64,000 bases of DNA from Patescibacteria group bacterium (GTDB lineage Bacteria > Patescibacteriota > Saccharimonadia > Saccharimonadales > Saccharimonadaceae). Of the stretch, positions 33,673 through 43,446 are shown piece by piece (position 1 is the first letter of the stretch; every line of letters begins with the position of its first letter). Made by a program: the position numbers and the translations under genes. Below the pieces are notes generated by a model. It was not told where the DNA came from. It saw only the letters and a program-made list of their open reading frames with translations, and made no database searches. Location: assembly GCA_004322265.1 (NCBI GenBank), contig SCSZ01000031.1, positions 13,148 through 77,147 of the forward strand, in the 5' to 3' direction.

Positions 33673-34725
33673 ATGACCATACACCATTGGTTTATACCAA
33701 ATAAAAAGAACAGATTTCACCCGATAGCACTGCGCCCTGTCGGACTGATGGTTTTTCTGGCGATTTTTGTCACAATCCCATTTTTGTACAATGTAACATC
33801 GGCAAAACAAGCTCAAGTGCTAGGCTACGCGACCGATGTATCAGTTGGAGACATTAACGCATTATCCAATCAACAGAGAGTTGATAATGGACTTCCGGCA
33901 CTTAACCTGGACAGTCAACTGGTAAGCGCTGCCCAGGCAAAAGCGGCCGATATGTTTGCAGACGATTATTGGGCACATATTGCGCCAGACGGTCTGACTC
34001 CATGGTCTTTTATCTATGGTGCTGGGTATAATTACGGCTCTGCGGGCGAGAACTTAGCTAAAGATTTTAATACATCTGCCGGTGTAGTTAACGCCTGGAT
34101 GGCCTCCTCGGAGCACAGAGCTAACATTCTAAATACGAACTACCAAGACGCAGGTTACGCAGTCGTAAATGGTGTATTACTTGGGTCAGAGACAACACTG
34201 GTTGTTGCAATGTACGGTGTAAGAGCGACGCCAGTACAAACTGCTCCAGCAGCAGCCCCAACAAGTCCGAAGGCAGTAACTAGTCCGTCGCCGACGGCTA
34301 CACCGACGGTCTCGACCCCTGCCCCTGCGACGACACCAACCCCTTCGCCAACTCCGACCCCAACCACCCAAGAGCCAGCACAGACAAATTCAGCGCCGTC
34401 GCCCACAACAACAACAACTACTCAAGTGACAACGACGCCGCCGGTCGAAGAGGCTGCGAGCAGCGATATTAATGGACTTGTTCAGGGGATTGCAACATCT
34501 GCTCCTGTCCGTGCATATACGACACTTAACTGGGGTCAGAAAGCATCAATCTTGTTGCTTTTAGCGTTGATATTACTATTTATTATGAAGCATACGCTAA
34601 TTTGGCGTGCTCAAAGACGTGGTATACGTCACATTTGGCTTCGTGCTCATCCAATCGGTCAAATTGCTGTACTAAGTACAGTTTTGGTGCTAACACTTCT
34701 TAGCGGAGTAGGTACAATATTATGA
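33673..34725 (+). CDS. CAP/SCP (YkwD-like) domain protein with Pro/Thr linker and C-terminal TM helices (350 aa)
   Basis: N-terminal anchor. CAP motifs QQRVDNGLPAL, HIAPDG, GENLA and SSEHRANIL. Then a PT-rich linker and a hydrophobic C-terminus. Confidence 0.75.
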   Translation: MTIHHWFIPNKKNRFHPIALRPVGLMVFLAIFVTIPFLYNVTSAKQAQVLGYATDVSVGDINALSNQQRVDNGLPALNLDSQLVSAAQAKAADMFADDYWAHIAPDGLTPWSFIYGAGYNYGSAGENLAKDFNTSAGVVNAWMASSEHRANILNTNYQDAGYAVVNGVLLGSETTLVVAMYGVRATPVQTAPAAAPTSPKAVTSPSPTATPTVSTPAPATTPTPSPTPTPTTQEPAQTNSAPSPTTTTTTQVTTTPPVEEAASSDINGLVQGIATSAPVRAYTTLNWGQKASILLLLALILLFIMKHTLIWRAQRRGIRHIWLRAHPIGQIAVLSTVLVLTLLSGVGTIL

Positions 34726-34973
34726 AAAAAAAGCATATTGCATCGCTAAAATTTCACACACTGTACAGCATCATTCTTGCGGCCATATTTGTCCTTGTCG
34801 TTATTTTTGTGCGCAATATTGTATTTGCTGCGGCAGCCGGCTTTTTGTTGCTATACATCATCGGCAATGGCATTATACATACTAAGAAAAACGAGCTCAC
34901 CCGGGATACGTTACTCGAATATATACTAATTTCCGCTATCGTGCTTGTCGTGATTGTTGGGCTTATTTTCTAA
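34722..34973 (+). CDS. Small membrane protein (83 aa)
   Basis: ATGA overlap with the upstream gene. About three hydrophobic helices. Confidence 0.5.
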   Translation: MKKKHIASLKFHTLYSIILAAIFVLVVIFVRNIVFAAAAGFLLLYIIGNGIIHTKKNELTRDTLLEYILISAIVLVVIVGLIF

Positions 34974-36033
34974 TACGACGAACAGCTAGGTGCGGTAACG
35001 TAAATAGCGCCAAGAGTACACCAGCAAGATAGAGCAGTGTATACACGATCAGAAAAATCGGCGCTAGCAGTGTAAGGTTTAGTCTGTCTACGAATGAATA
35101 GTCAGCTTGCTTTGAGAGCATTCCAATATAAATAAGAAGATATGCGACAATGATCGACGCGGCTAGTACGAGTATCTCTTGAGGCGCTGCAGCTACAAAA
35201 ACATACCCGAGACCAGCAAAAATAAGCACTGTTAGAGTAAGTCCAACACTGCGTCGAAACAGACTGGCATATGATACAGCCTGTCGCCGAAAAATCTTCT
35301 TTATTGATGGAGCCTCGGCAATTGAAACACCAGAGCTGTAAATAATTGCACCAGAACTACGCGTCGATAAGAGCGACGAACGCTTGTAGACGATACCGCT
35401 AGAAAGCGCTTGTGATACCGTTGGTTTTTTACGTTTTAGGATCATTTGACGCCACATCATTATCTGCGCTTCGAATGCGCTACGGATAGTTTTATTCAAA
35501 ATAATGCGACGACCCAGGATTATTCTATCTGGCATTTCAGGCGAGTAATCGAGTGCAATAGTATCAAAAAATTGTTTTGAAATATGCTGTTCTGGCGTAA
35601 GTATGGTAACGAGTGTCGCGCGACTATACTTCTTTATTAGATCAACTACTGTCATTTTGGCACGCATCGTGACGACATGGAAATTTTTTATCTTGTGGCT
35701 AGTCTTGTACTGTCGCAAAACGGATGCAGCGTTTTTGCCGGCGGTGTGGTGAACCAGTATGAGTACTTCTTGCTGTGAGTAGCCCTGGACGTATATCTCG
35801 TCCAAAAGAGGCACGATCGTATCAGCTTTTTTACGCAGCTCAATAACAACACCAATCATTTTTTTCGTCTTCTTTTTACCCAGTTCGCGTAGATGCTGAT
35901 TTAACCGTGCAGTGCTTTTGATGTCTTTAGCATCACTCACTAGTCGTAGCACAATAGCTATACCAAGTAAGCATAATGCGGCAATAATCGTAGGGGACAG
36001 TGTTATGGTAAGCTCCATACTAAACAACTCCAA
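34963..36033 (-). CDS. Membrane protein with a degenerate GT2-like glycosyltransferase fold (356 aa)
   Basis: N-terminal TM, then IGVVIELRKKADTIVPLLDEIYVQGYSQQEVLILVHH, which follows the GT2 beta-alpha pattern without the DD/DxD acidic motif. C-terminal TM bundle. Overlaps the sortase stop by 14 nt. Confidence 0.4.
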   Translation of the reverse strand: MELFSMELTITLSPTIIAALCLLGIAIVLRLVSDAKDIKSTARLNQHLRELGKKKTKKMIGVVIELRKKADTIVPLLDEIYVQGYSQQEVLILVHHTAGKNAASVLRQYKTSHKIKNFHVVTMRAKMTVVDLIKKYSRATLVTILTPEQHISKQFFDTIALDYSPEMPDRIILGRRIILNKTIRSAFEAQIMMWRQMILKRKKPTVSQALSSGIVYKRSSLLSTRSSGAIIYSSGVSIAEAPSIKKIFRRQAVSYASLFRRSVGLTLTVLIFAGLGYVFVAAAPQEILVLAASIIVAYLLIYIGMLSKQADYSFVDRLNLTLLAPIFLIVYTLLYLAGVLLALFTLPHLAVRRIRK

Positions 36034-36616
36034 TCAGGTCGAAATACATCATTCGACGCGCGTTACTCCACACACCTTCACATGTCATGACCGTTAACTG
36101 CGGTGTGTCAGAGTCTTGTTTGAGGGCATCGGTAAAGTCAGGAGCAACAATTGAATCATGGGTATATGCATAGGTAAAGACATGGCCATTACTGGTCGTA
36201 ATCACAACAGTATCCCCCGGCTGAATATCTTTCATACGTGCAATAACTTTGTCTTGGTTATGACCATAAATAAATGTGTTACCTCGATTATCGTTTGGTT
36301 GTGATGTGATGGTTGCGAAGTATACGGCGTCAGTCGACAGTGTCCATTCACCGGTTTTTGGATCGTAGGTACCATCCTTAACAGGCAAGTTGATGTGTAA
36401 ACGATCAATAACAAAACTTACTGGTTCGCCACTGATAATCTGTTGACTGAGCACCTTGGGTTTGATTGGTGCGTGATGAATAATTGGTGCAGGGGCAACC
36501 GCAAAGAGCTGTTGAATCTGCAGACTGCTCCAGCTAATTACGCCGATGACAATATACAAAGATACCACTCGTATTAGGAGAGGTATCTTTGAAAAAGTTT
36601 TTGTTATTGCACTCAT
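36020..36616 (-). CDS. Sortase family transpeptidase (198 aa)
   Basis: N-terminal TM, FIYGHN His motif, LTVMTCEG Cys motif and a downstream Arg. Confidence 0.8.
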   Translation of the reverse strand: MSAITKTFSKIPLLIRVVSLYIVIGVISWSSLQIQQLFAVAPAPIIHHAPIKPKVLSQQIISGEPVSFVIDRLHINLPVKDGTYDPKTGEWTLSTDAVYFATITSQPNDNRGNTFIYGHNQDKVIARMKDIQPGDTVVITTSNGHVFTYAYTHDSIVAPDFTDALKQDSDTPQLTVMTCEGVWSNARRMMYFDLIGVV

Positions 36617-36637
36617 GTGCTCACTTTTCGTGATGTG

Positions 36638-37897
36638 TTATCGACGACTTAGAACTGTGCGAGCAGTGATGCTAGCAAGTCCGATTGCGGCAACAGCGAC
36701 GCCAACAATGGCGAGAACAGGAAGGGTTGTATCACCACTTGTGTAGGGCAATTTAGTGATTGGTTGATCTGTTGATGCACCAAGTACACTACCAGTATCA
36801 CAAGTTACAACCTGGTCGTATACCGTTTGGTCGTTGATGACGATAGAAATCTTTAGGCCGCTATCAGTTGTGTCGAACGTTCGTGTTACAGTTGCACCAA
36901 TACCAACGGTGATTACTTCGCCGTTAACAGTAGCGTCGCCAGCTGCAGTACCATCGTTTGTGAGTGTTACGACGGCACCCTTGTCGCTACATGCAACACC
37001 GTAGTGAATATTGGCAACTGTTTCGTTCGTGTTACAGTCTTCTGGAGTTGTAAAGTCGTGGCTCCATGTTGTTGTACCGGTTAATGTGTAGGCAGAGCTT
37101 GCAGGGAAGGCATTGACGGTAACTGAATCACCTGGTTCTACTTTGTATGTACCCGCGGTTACAATGTTGCCGTTAATCTTGTATACAACGCCAGTCTTTG
37201 TAGGGATAGTGTAGCTGCCGCTAGTGTCACAAGTTGGGTCCACGAAGGTTACATCAACTGTTGAGACTTCGGTTGTACATTCACCTTTAATTGCAAATGT
37301 GTGTGTCCAGGTAACTGTGCCTGTTAGTAGGTAGCCAGAATTAGTTGCATATGCGTTGATTGTAACTGTTTGACCATTTGTTGCAGTGTATGTACCAGCG
37401 GGTGTAGGGTTTGAGTTGCCATTAATCTTGTATACAACACCTGTCTTGGTAGGGATAGTGTAGCTGCCATCACTGTCGCAAGTTGGATCCACAAACGTAG
37501 GAGCAGTTGGCTCAACCTGAGTAACATAGTTACAGTCATTGTTGTACATTGCCTGGCCAAGCGTGGTCCAGTTAAGGCCGTTGTGGTGTCCTGGAACTGG
37601 TGGAATAATGTCTCCCCAGTCCTGATGTGCATTCTTAAGGGTTTGTGCATAGGTTTGGCTTGAGGCTAGTGGGCCTTGGTGTTCGCTATAGTGATCACCG
37701 TGGTCGTTACCGCCGTCAGCTGCACTTACGTCAACTGAGATGCTGTCATATGGGTTTGTGACAGAATCTGTTCGGTGACAAATTGTGATTTTTGGATTAT
37801 TGTCCTGATGTGCACTGACACTGTTTGTATGTGCAAAAGTCGTCAGACCAGCAAGGACAAACAACATAAAGGTTGCTATAAGAATTTTTACTCGCAT
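36638..37897 (-). CDS. Sortase-anchored surface protein with two ~80-aa tandem repeats (419 aa)
   Basis: Signal peptide, ICHRTDSVTNPY motif, repeats beginning TFVDPTCD(S/T).GSYTIPTKTGVVYKINGN, and a C-terminal LPYTSG, hydrophobic helix and RTVLSRR tail. Confidence 0.8.
   Translation of the reverse strand: MRVKILIATFMLFVLAGLTTFAHTNSVSAHQDNNPKITICHRTDSVTNPYDSISVDVSAADGGNDHGDHYSEHQGPLASSQTYAQTLKNAHQDWGDIIPPVPGHHNGLNWTTLGQAMYNNDCNYVTQVEPTAPTFVDPTCDSDGSYTIPTKTGVVYKINGNSNPTPAGTYTATNGQTVTINAYATNSGYLLTGTVTWTHTFAIKGECTTEVSTVDVTFVDPTCDTSGSYTIPTKTGVVYKINGNIVTAGTYKVEPGDSVTVNAFPASSAYTLTGTTTWSHDFTTPEDCNTNETVANIHYGVACSDKGAVVTLTNDGTAAGDATVNGEVITVGIGATVTRTFDTTDSGLKISIVINDQTVYDQVVTCDTGSVLGASTDQPITKLPYTSGDTTLPVLAIVGVAVAAIGLASITARTVLSRR
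37031..37498 (-). repeat. Intragenic tandem duplication (2 x ~240 bp)
   Basis: The DNA blocks around 37190-37260 and 37430-37500 are near-identical (gtatacaac.c..gtctt.gtagggatagtgtagctgcc...). Confidence 0.75.
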
Positions 37898-38014
37898 AAT
37901 TCATATCTCCCAGGCTTCTCAGGCCAAGATTAAATGTGATTGCGTATATCATAGTACTCAATAGACTATAAGTCAACTATATTTTTTAACCATAAGCTCT
38001 ATGAAAGTAGTAAA

Positions 38015-38041
38015 TTAGCACTCTTGCGTCTTGACTGCTAA
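38015..38041. promoter_or_regulatory. CIRCE operator (dnaJ)
   Basis: TTAGCACTC-N9-GACTGCTAA, one mismatch to consensus. -35 TTGCGT lies in the spacer, TATACT at 38047-38052, and the ATG is 8 nt later. Confidence 0.75.
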
Positions 38042-38060
38042 TTTAATATACTAGTAACAG

Positions 38061-39152
38061 ATGAATAAACGTGATTACTATGAAGTACTTGGCATTGCCA
38101 AAGGCGCCTCTGCCGACGAAATCAAGAAAGCTTACCGCAAAGCTGCTGTTAAATATCACCCAGATAAAGAAGGCGGTGATGAGGCTAAGTTCAAGGAAGC
38201 ATCAGAAGCCTACGAAGTACTAAAAGATAGTCAAAAACGTCAACGCTACGATCAATTCGGTCACGCTGGTGTCGGTGGATCATCAAGTAGCGGATCTGGT
38301 GGAGCTGGCGGCAACCCATTTGAAGGATTTGGTGGCTTTGGTGGTCAAAATGTACAGTTTGACTTTGGTGAAGGCCTCGGTGATATTTTCGGCCAGTTCT
38401 TTGGTGGTGGCTCGAGGCGACAAGCACCACAGCGGGGTCGCGATGTTGAGGTCAGTATTCAGCTGACATTTGAGGAGGCAATCTTTGGCGTTGAAGAGAA
38501 GATTGAGCTTGATATGGACGACGAGTGTGAGCATTGTCATGGCACAACGGTCGAACCTGGTTATGAGATGAAAACTTGCCCGACCTGTAAAGGTGCAGGC
38601 CAAGTTAATCGCGTGATGAATACTATCTTTGGTCAGATTCAACAAAACGTTGTCTGTGAAACTTGTAGCGGACGCGGTAAGGTGCCAGAAAAAGTCTGTA
38701 CTGTCTGTCATGGCAAGGGTACACAGCGTCGTAAGCGCACGATCAACCTGAAAGTCCCTGCAGGTATCGACGACGGTGCGACGATTCGAGTAACTGGTAG
38801 TGGGGAAGCCATCGGTAATGGCGAGAAGGGTGATCTATATGTAAATATCCGTGTTAAGGCACACAAACACTTCACGCGTGAGGGCGATATCATTCTGTCG
38901 GAAGCTCACATTAGTATGATTGATGCCGCACTCGGTACAGAGATAGATGTCGATACAGTTGATGGCGACATTCGCATGAAAGTTCCAGCAGGTACACAAT
39001 CAGGGACTGACTTTAAACTTTCAAACCACGGCGTGCCGCACGTTAATAGCGACAAGCGTGGCCCTCATATTGTTAGTATTATTGTTGATACGCCAACTAA
39101 ATTATCTAGGAAACAAAAAGAAATCCTGGAGCAGTTTGACTCTAAGAAGTAG
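38061..39152 (+). CDS. dnaJ: Co-chaperone DnaJ
   Basis: J domain with HPDK, a Gly/Phe-rich region, and four CxxCxGxG zinc motifs ([32 protein letters not shown]). Confidence 0.95.
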   Translation: MNKRDYYEVLGIAKGASADEIKKAYRKAAVKYHPDKEGGDEAKFKEASEAYEVLKDSQKRQRYDQFGHAGVGGSSSSGSGGAGGNPFEGFGGFGGQNVQFDFGEGLGDIFGQFFGGGSRRQAPQRGRDVEVSIQLTFEEAIFGVEEKIELDMDDECEHCHGTTVEPGYEMKTCPTCKGAGQVNRVMNTIFGQIQQNVVCETCSGRGKVPEKVCTVCHGKGTQRRKRTINLKVPAGIDDGATIRVTGSGEAIGNGEKGDLYVNIRVKAHKHFTREGDIILSEAHISMIDAALGTEIDVDTVDGDIRMKVPAGTQSGTDFKLSNHGVPHVNSDKRGPHIVSIIVDTPTKLSRKQKEILEQFDSKK

Positions 39153-39876
39153 TTAGGTCAGTTAGCTCAGCGATACGTTGGTCCAAACTATCGTGTGAGT
39201 TTCTCGTTAGAACACGTACATTGGCATTTGGTCGTGCACGGACAATTTCTGGGTCATTACCAAATATAGCAGCTGCATTGTTATCAATTGCGAATCCTCT
39301 ATTAATATCCTCAGGAAAAGTATTAAGTAAAGCTTCTAATCGACTGTCTGGTCTGAGACCGCCAGGGATAGGATCATGTTGATCAGCGTGAGCTGTTGCA
39401 ACACCGTATATAGCATCAACTCCAGGTGCTAAATATTCGTAGTCCCATTGAACTTCAGCCGGTCTAGCTGCCACATTGCTATGAGCGAGACTAAAAGGCA
39501 AAAGTGCTCCAGCGCTACTTCCGACATGGACGACTCCGTTTTCTATTGCTTTTTTAAGAAGGTTATTTGTTCCATGCTCGGTCATTTTCTGTATCATGTA
39601 AGGTGTATTGCCTCCAATCGTAAAGATGAGACTTGCACGTCCAAGTTCGTGCTGAACTCGCGTCGTAGAAGGATCTTCACCGAAGTCATGAAGTAAGTCG
39701 GCATTAATACCTAGTTCGCCAAAAAGCTTCATAGTATCACTAACTTTTCTGGTGTAAGAGCGTTCGGTTGAGGCTGCCGTTGGGATTATTAGTACTCGTG
39801 ATGGATCGCCTGCGAGCTCAAGGCCTTTTTTGATTGCTGGCTTGCGATCGCCGCCGCCAATTGCAACAATGTTCAT
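39142..39876 (-). CDS. Peptidase family S51 (dipeptidase E / cyanophycinase-like, 244 aa)
   Basis: IVAIGGG..., FTIGGNT and the nucleophile motif VGSSAGAL. Its 3' end overlaps the dnaJ stop by 11 nt (convergent). Confidence 0.75.
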   Translation of the reverse strand: MNIVAIGGGDRKPAIKKGLELAGDPSRVLIIPTAASTERSYTRKVSDTMKLFGELGINADLLHDFGEDPSTTRVQHELGRASLIFTIGGNTPYMIQKMTEHGTNNLLKKAIENGVVHVGSSAGALLPFSLAHSNVAARPAEVQWDYEYLAPGVDAIYGVATAHADQHDPIPGGLRPDSRLEALLNTFPEDINRGFAIDNNAAAIFGNDPEIVRARPNANVRVLTRNSHDSLDQRIAELTDLTTS

Positions 39877-39948
39877 ACTATTATATTAGCATATTTTGTA
39901 TAAAATTGCAAGTTGGTAAAGTATTGTGAGATTGGTATACTAACACAT

Positions 39949-40863
39949 ATGAAAAAAGTCCTAATCCTGAGTCGTCTTGATGACCGCGAATCCTACGATA
40001 ACAAACAAAATTACTTGAGCGCCCTAGCAGGTGTCGATACAGACTGTGAATATACCGTCGATGAATACGAAAACTTATTGTTTTGGTATGACGGCAATGC
40101 ACTAAAAGTAATGCTCGGTAATACTGACGTTGATATTGCATCATTTGACGCAGTATTTTTGATTGGGTGGTTTCAGCTACGCATGACCGAAGACATAGTG
40201 CTTAGTCTTTCAATGTATCTGGAACATAGGGGCGTAAAAGTGCTAAACAGTGAAGCACTACACACTCGCTCTAAATCAAAACTTAGTCAGTATGTTGTTG
40301 CCGCACTCAATGGTATATCTATTACGCCTTTCTTGTTTAGTATGTCGCCAGAAGTCTTGTCAGGTGCAATTAGCAATCGCTGGCAGTCTGGTTATCCAGT
40401 CATTATGAAGGGCGTGCAGGCTAGTAGGGGTAATGACAATTACCTTGTAGAGAATGAAGCTGACGCGCGCAAATATGCAAACACGATGCAAAAAAGTGTT
40501 AGCCCCTGGTTCGTAGTACAAGAGTTCATCCCGAACGAAGGTGATTATAGAATTGTCGTTATGGGCGACCAGGTAACAGCGGTAATTCATCGTCAGTCTG
40601 TTACCGAGTCTCATCTAAATAACACGTCAAAAGGTGGCAAGGCAGAACTTACTGATGATTCGATTTTGCCTCAAGATGTTATTGATCAATCAATTAAGCT
40701 AGCTAAGTTAATGCACCGTGAGATCACAGGCGTTGATATGATTCGACATACGGGAACGTCAAAATTCTATCTACTGGAAATCAATAATATGCCCCAGCTT
40801 GCAACCGGTAGCTACGTGGGCGAAAAAATCAAACGACTCGATACGTATTTCGCTAGTCTTTAA
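39949..40863 (+). CDS. RimK-type ATP-grasp ligase (304 aa)
   Basis: YPVIMKGVQASRGNDNYLV, QEFIPNEGDYRIVVMGDQVTAVIHR, NNTSKGGKAE and GVDMIRH...YLLEINNMPQL. Confidence 0.75.
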   Translation: MKKVLILSRLDDRESYDNKQNYLSALAGVDTDCEYTVDEYENLLFWYDGNALKVMLGNTDVDIASFDAVFLIGWFQLRMTEDIVLSLSMYLEHRGVKVLNSEALHTRSKSKLSQYVVAALNGISITPFLFSMSPEVLSGAISNRWQSGYPVIMKGVQASRGNDNYLVENEADARKYANTMQKSVSPWFVVQEFIPNEGDYRIVVMGDQVTAVIHRQSVTESHLNNTSKGGKAELTDDSILPQDVIDQSIKLAKLMHREITGVDMIRHTGTSKFYLLEINNMPQLATGSYVGEKIKRLDTYFASL

Positions 40864-40954
40864 GGACGGCTCCTAACAGAGGTAAGTCTGGCTAATAACT
40901 CTTTAAATTGCTATACTAAATATACAACCGCAAACTTACGTTAGGAGCTATTTT

Positions 40955-41971
40955 TTGATTGATTTAATGACGCTGGACGTCGATACTCTTAGCCAGTCGC
41001 TAAAAACTATTCGAGAAGAAATAGTTAAGCGAGGCTGGCATATTGAAGTATTCCGATCAAACAATTCACATCGTATTATTACGCGCGATGACGGCAAGCG
41101 TATGCACGTTTTTGGCTCAGTTTCACCTGCGACAAGTTATGCAGCCGCCAAAGCAAGTAACGACAAGTTGCTGACCTACGAATTACTTGAAAACGAAGAT
41201 TTACCGTTACTTGATCTTGTGACAGTAAGAGATGACAATGACCTCGAACAGGCAAAAGAGTTTATGGTCAAAAAGGGTAAAGTTGTCGTCAAGCCAGTTG
41301 ATGGCTCACATGGTCAGGGGATTACGGTCGACGTACGTGATGAGGCGTCGCTACGCAAAGCGCTAAAAGTTGCCAGGAATGTAACCAAACAAAGCAAAGA
41401 TGTTATTGTGCAGGAGCAATACGACCACGAAATCATCTGCGATCTTCGCATGCTCTACATTGACTACAAGTTTATTGGTGCAATTTGGCGTATCCCAGCC
41501 AGGGTGTATGGTGATGGCCAACACACTCTCAAACAGTTGATCGAACGAGAGAATGACACCGCCCGTCGTGGCATAGCCTATAGGGCAGAATTAACAACAA
41601 TCGATATGGATAAAGCTCACTTGTATCTAAAAGACAAAATGAATGAAGTAATTGCTGATGGTGTGGAAGTTCAGGTCGCTGGAGTGGCGAATTACGGGGC
41701 AGGCGGTGAAACAGTTGATGTTACAGATGATATCCCAGAGTGGCTGATCAAAGAAGCAGAACTGGCAGCTCGGGCCTGTGAACTGGTTGTAGCAGGTGTA
41801 GATTTTATGATCTCACAGGTTCCAACGTCGACGATGAAAAGGGAAGAATTAAGTCCCGCAATCACTGAAGTTAACAAGGCGCCATTACTGTCAATGCACG
41901 ATACGCCAACACATGGTAGGGGCAATCGTGGCGCCACGAAGGCCTTCATTGACCATCTTGCGACACTTTAA
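40955..41971 (+). CDS. ATP-grasp ligase resembling the cyanophycin synthetase G domain (338 aa)
   Basis: VVKPVDGSHGQGITVDV, IPARVYGDGQHTLKQLIERENDTARRG, GVANYGAGGETVDVTDDIPEW, VAGVDFM and ITEVNKAPLLSMHDTPTHGRGNRGATKAFIDHL are collinear with CphA ATP-grasp motifs as I recall them. TTG start (ATG at 40967 is an alternative) with TAGGAG SD. Confidence 0.65.
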   Translation: MIDLMTLDVDTLSQSLKTIREEIVKRGWHIEVFRSNNSHRIITRDDGKRMHVFGSVSPATSYAAAKASNDKLLTYELLENEDLPLLDLVTVRDDNDLEQAKEFMVKKGKVVVKPVDGSHGQGITVDVRDEASLRKALKVARNVTKQSKDVIVQEQYDHEIICDLRMLYIDYKFIGAIWRIPARVYGDGQHTLKQLIERENDTARRGIAYRAELTTIDMDKAHLYLKDKMNEVIADGVEVQVAGVANYGAGGETVDVTDDIPEWLIKEAELAARACELVVAGVDFMISQVPTSTMKREELSPAITEVNKAPLLSMHDTPTHGRGNRGATKAFIDHLATL

Positions 41972-42092
41972 AACACAAAATTCTCATCTGTTAACTCTTG
42001 ACTAAATAGGCAAAAAGTGCTAATATGCTGAAGTTACTAAATGACAACGTATTTTTGGTTGTTATTATAAGCATAAGGGCTATATTAAGAGT

Positions 42093-43412
42093 ATGTCAGA
42101 ATTTGATGAAGCAAAAAATCGCGATATGGTCCTGTTCACAGGGTCTTACCTTAGCGTACAGCGAGATGCAGTCAAGAAACTTGAAAAACTTCTTGATAAA
42201 CAAATTACTGCCTGCGTGATACTCGATATAGCTGATTCGGACAAAAAGCGACCAGCAGCAGCGGACAATAAAACTGTTGTCCTTTATGCTGATTTCTCTT
42301 CAACTCAAAAGCTTCAGCAGACTCTCGCTCCATACAAAGAGCGCTTTCTCGCTGTAACCTGTAGAGCAGAGAAAAATATCCCACTCTTTAAAAAGGTTAT
42401 TCCACACGTTCCATATATCAACACGCCATCCGAGTTATCGCTTGATTGGACTACTGACAAAGTAAAAATGCGTCAGTTACTTCGTAACTACGACAAGTCG
42501 ATTTCGCCTAAGTTTGCCGTTGTGCACGATGCTAATAAAGAAACACTTGATCGTATCGAGCGCACGGTTGGTTTTCCATTAATGATCAAGCCATCAGGAC
42601 TTGCCGCGAGTTTACTGGTAACAATTTGTTACCACCGCGAAGAATTAGAGGCAAATCTGAAGAATACCGTGCAAAAGATTAATCGGATCTACAAAGAGCG
42701 AAAGGGTCGTGGTGAGCCACAAATTCTTGTTGAGGAATTTATGGAAGGCGTTATGTATTCGATTGATGCCTACGTCAACCAGCGTGGTGTCATTTATTAC
42801 ACGCCACTCGTCCACGTTCGAACTGGACGTGCGGTTGGATACGAAGACTTCTTTGGTTACATGCGTATTACACCAGTTAACCTAAAGGCGCACAAAATTG
42901 AAGACGCCAAAAAAGCAGCAGAAAAGGCAATCGAAGCACTCGGTATGCGCAGTACAACTTGCCATATCGAACTGATGAAGACCGAAGACGGCTGGAAAGT
43001 AATCGAGCTTGGCCCACGCATTGGCGGATTCCGCCATGAAATGTATGAGTTGTCGTACGGCATCGACCATTCGCTTAACGATATCCTGATTCGTATTCCT
43101 AAAAAGCCAATTATCTCGAAGAAAGTTAAAGGTTATACATCTGTTATGCAGTTCTATGCACGTCGAAAAGGGAAGCTGAGCAGCATTGATGGTATTAACA
43201 AAGTTCGAAAACTTGAATCATTCAAGCGAATTGATGTGATCAAAAAAGTTGGGGACATGTGTGATTTCGCCCGAAATGGTGATTCGCCAGTCTTTACGAT
43301 TGTTCTTTTCAATAAAGATCGTTCACGATTACTCGCTGATATTCGACGACTCGAACAGGCGATTCGTATCAACGTTACCGTTCCAACTCGTAAGACCGTC
43401 AAGTCAGCCTAA
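42093..43412 (+). CDS. ATP-grasp ligase, L-amino-acid-ligase/ATP-grasp_4-like (439 aa)
   Basis: GFPLMIKPSGLAAS, ILVEEFMEGVMYSIDAY and CHIELMKTEDGWKVIELGPRIGG. Confidence 0.7.
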   Translation: MSEFDEAKNRDMVLFTGSYLSVQRDAVKKLEKLLDKQITACVILDIADSDKKRPAAADNKTVVLYADFSSTQKLQQTLAPYKERFLAVTCRAEKNIPLFKKVIPHVPYINTPSELSLDWTTDKVKMRQLLRNYDKSISPKFAVVHDANKETLDRIERTVGFPLMIKPSGLAASLLVTICYHREELEANLKNTVQKINRIYKERKGRGEPQILVEEFMEGVMYSIDAYVNQRGVIYYTPLVHVRTGRAVGYEDFFGYMRITPVNLKAHKIEDAKKAAEKAIEALGMRSTTCHIELMKTEDGWKVIELGPRIGGFRHEMYELSYGIDHSLNDILIRIPKKPIISKKVKGYTSVMQFYARRKGKLSSIDGINKVRKLESFKRIDVIKKVGDMCDFARNGDSPVFTIVLFNKDRSRLLADIRRLEQAIRINVTVPTRKTVKSA

Positions 43413-43446
43413 GTCTCAACTACCAGATCCTGCTATAATAATACTT

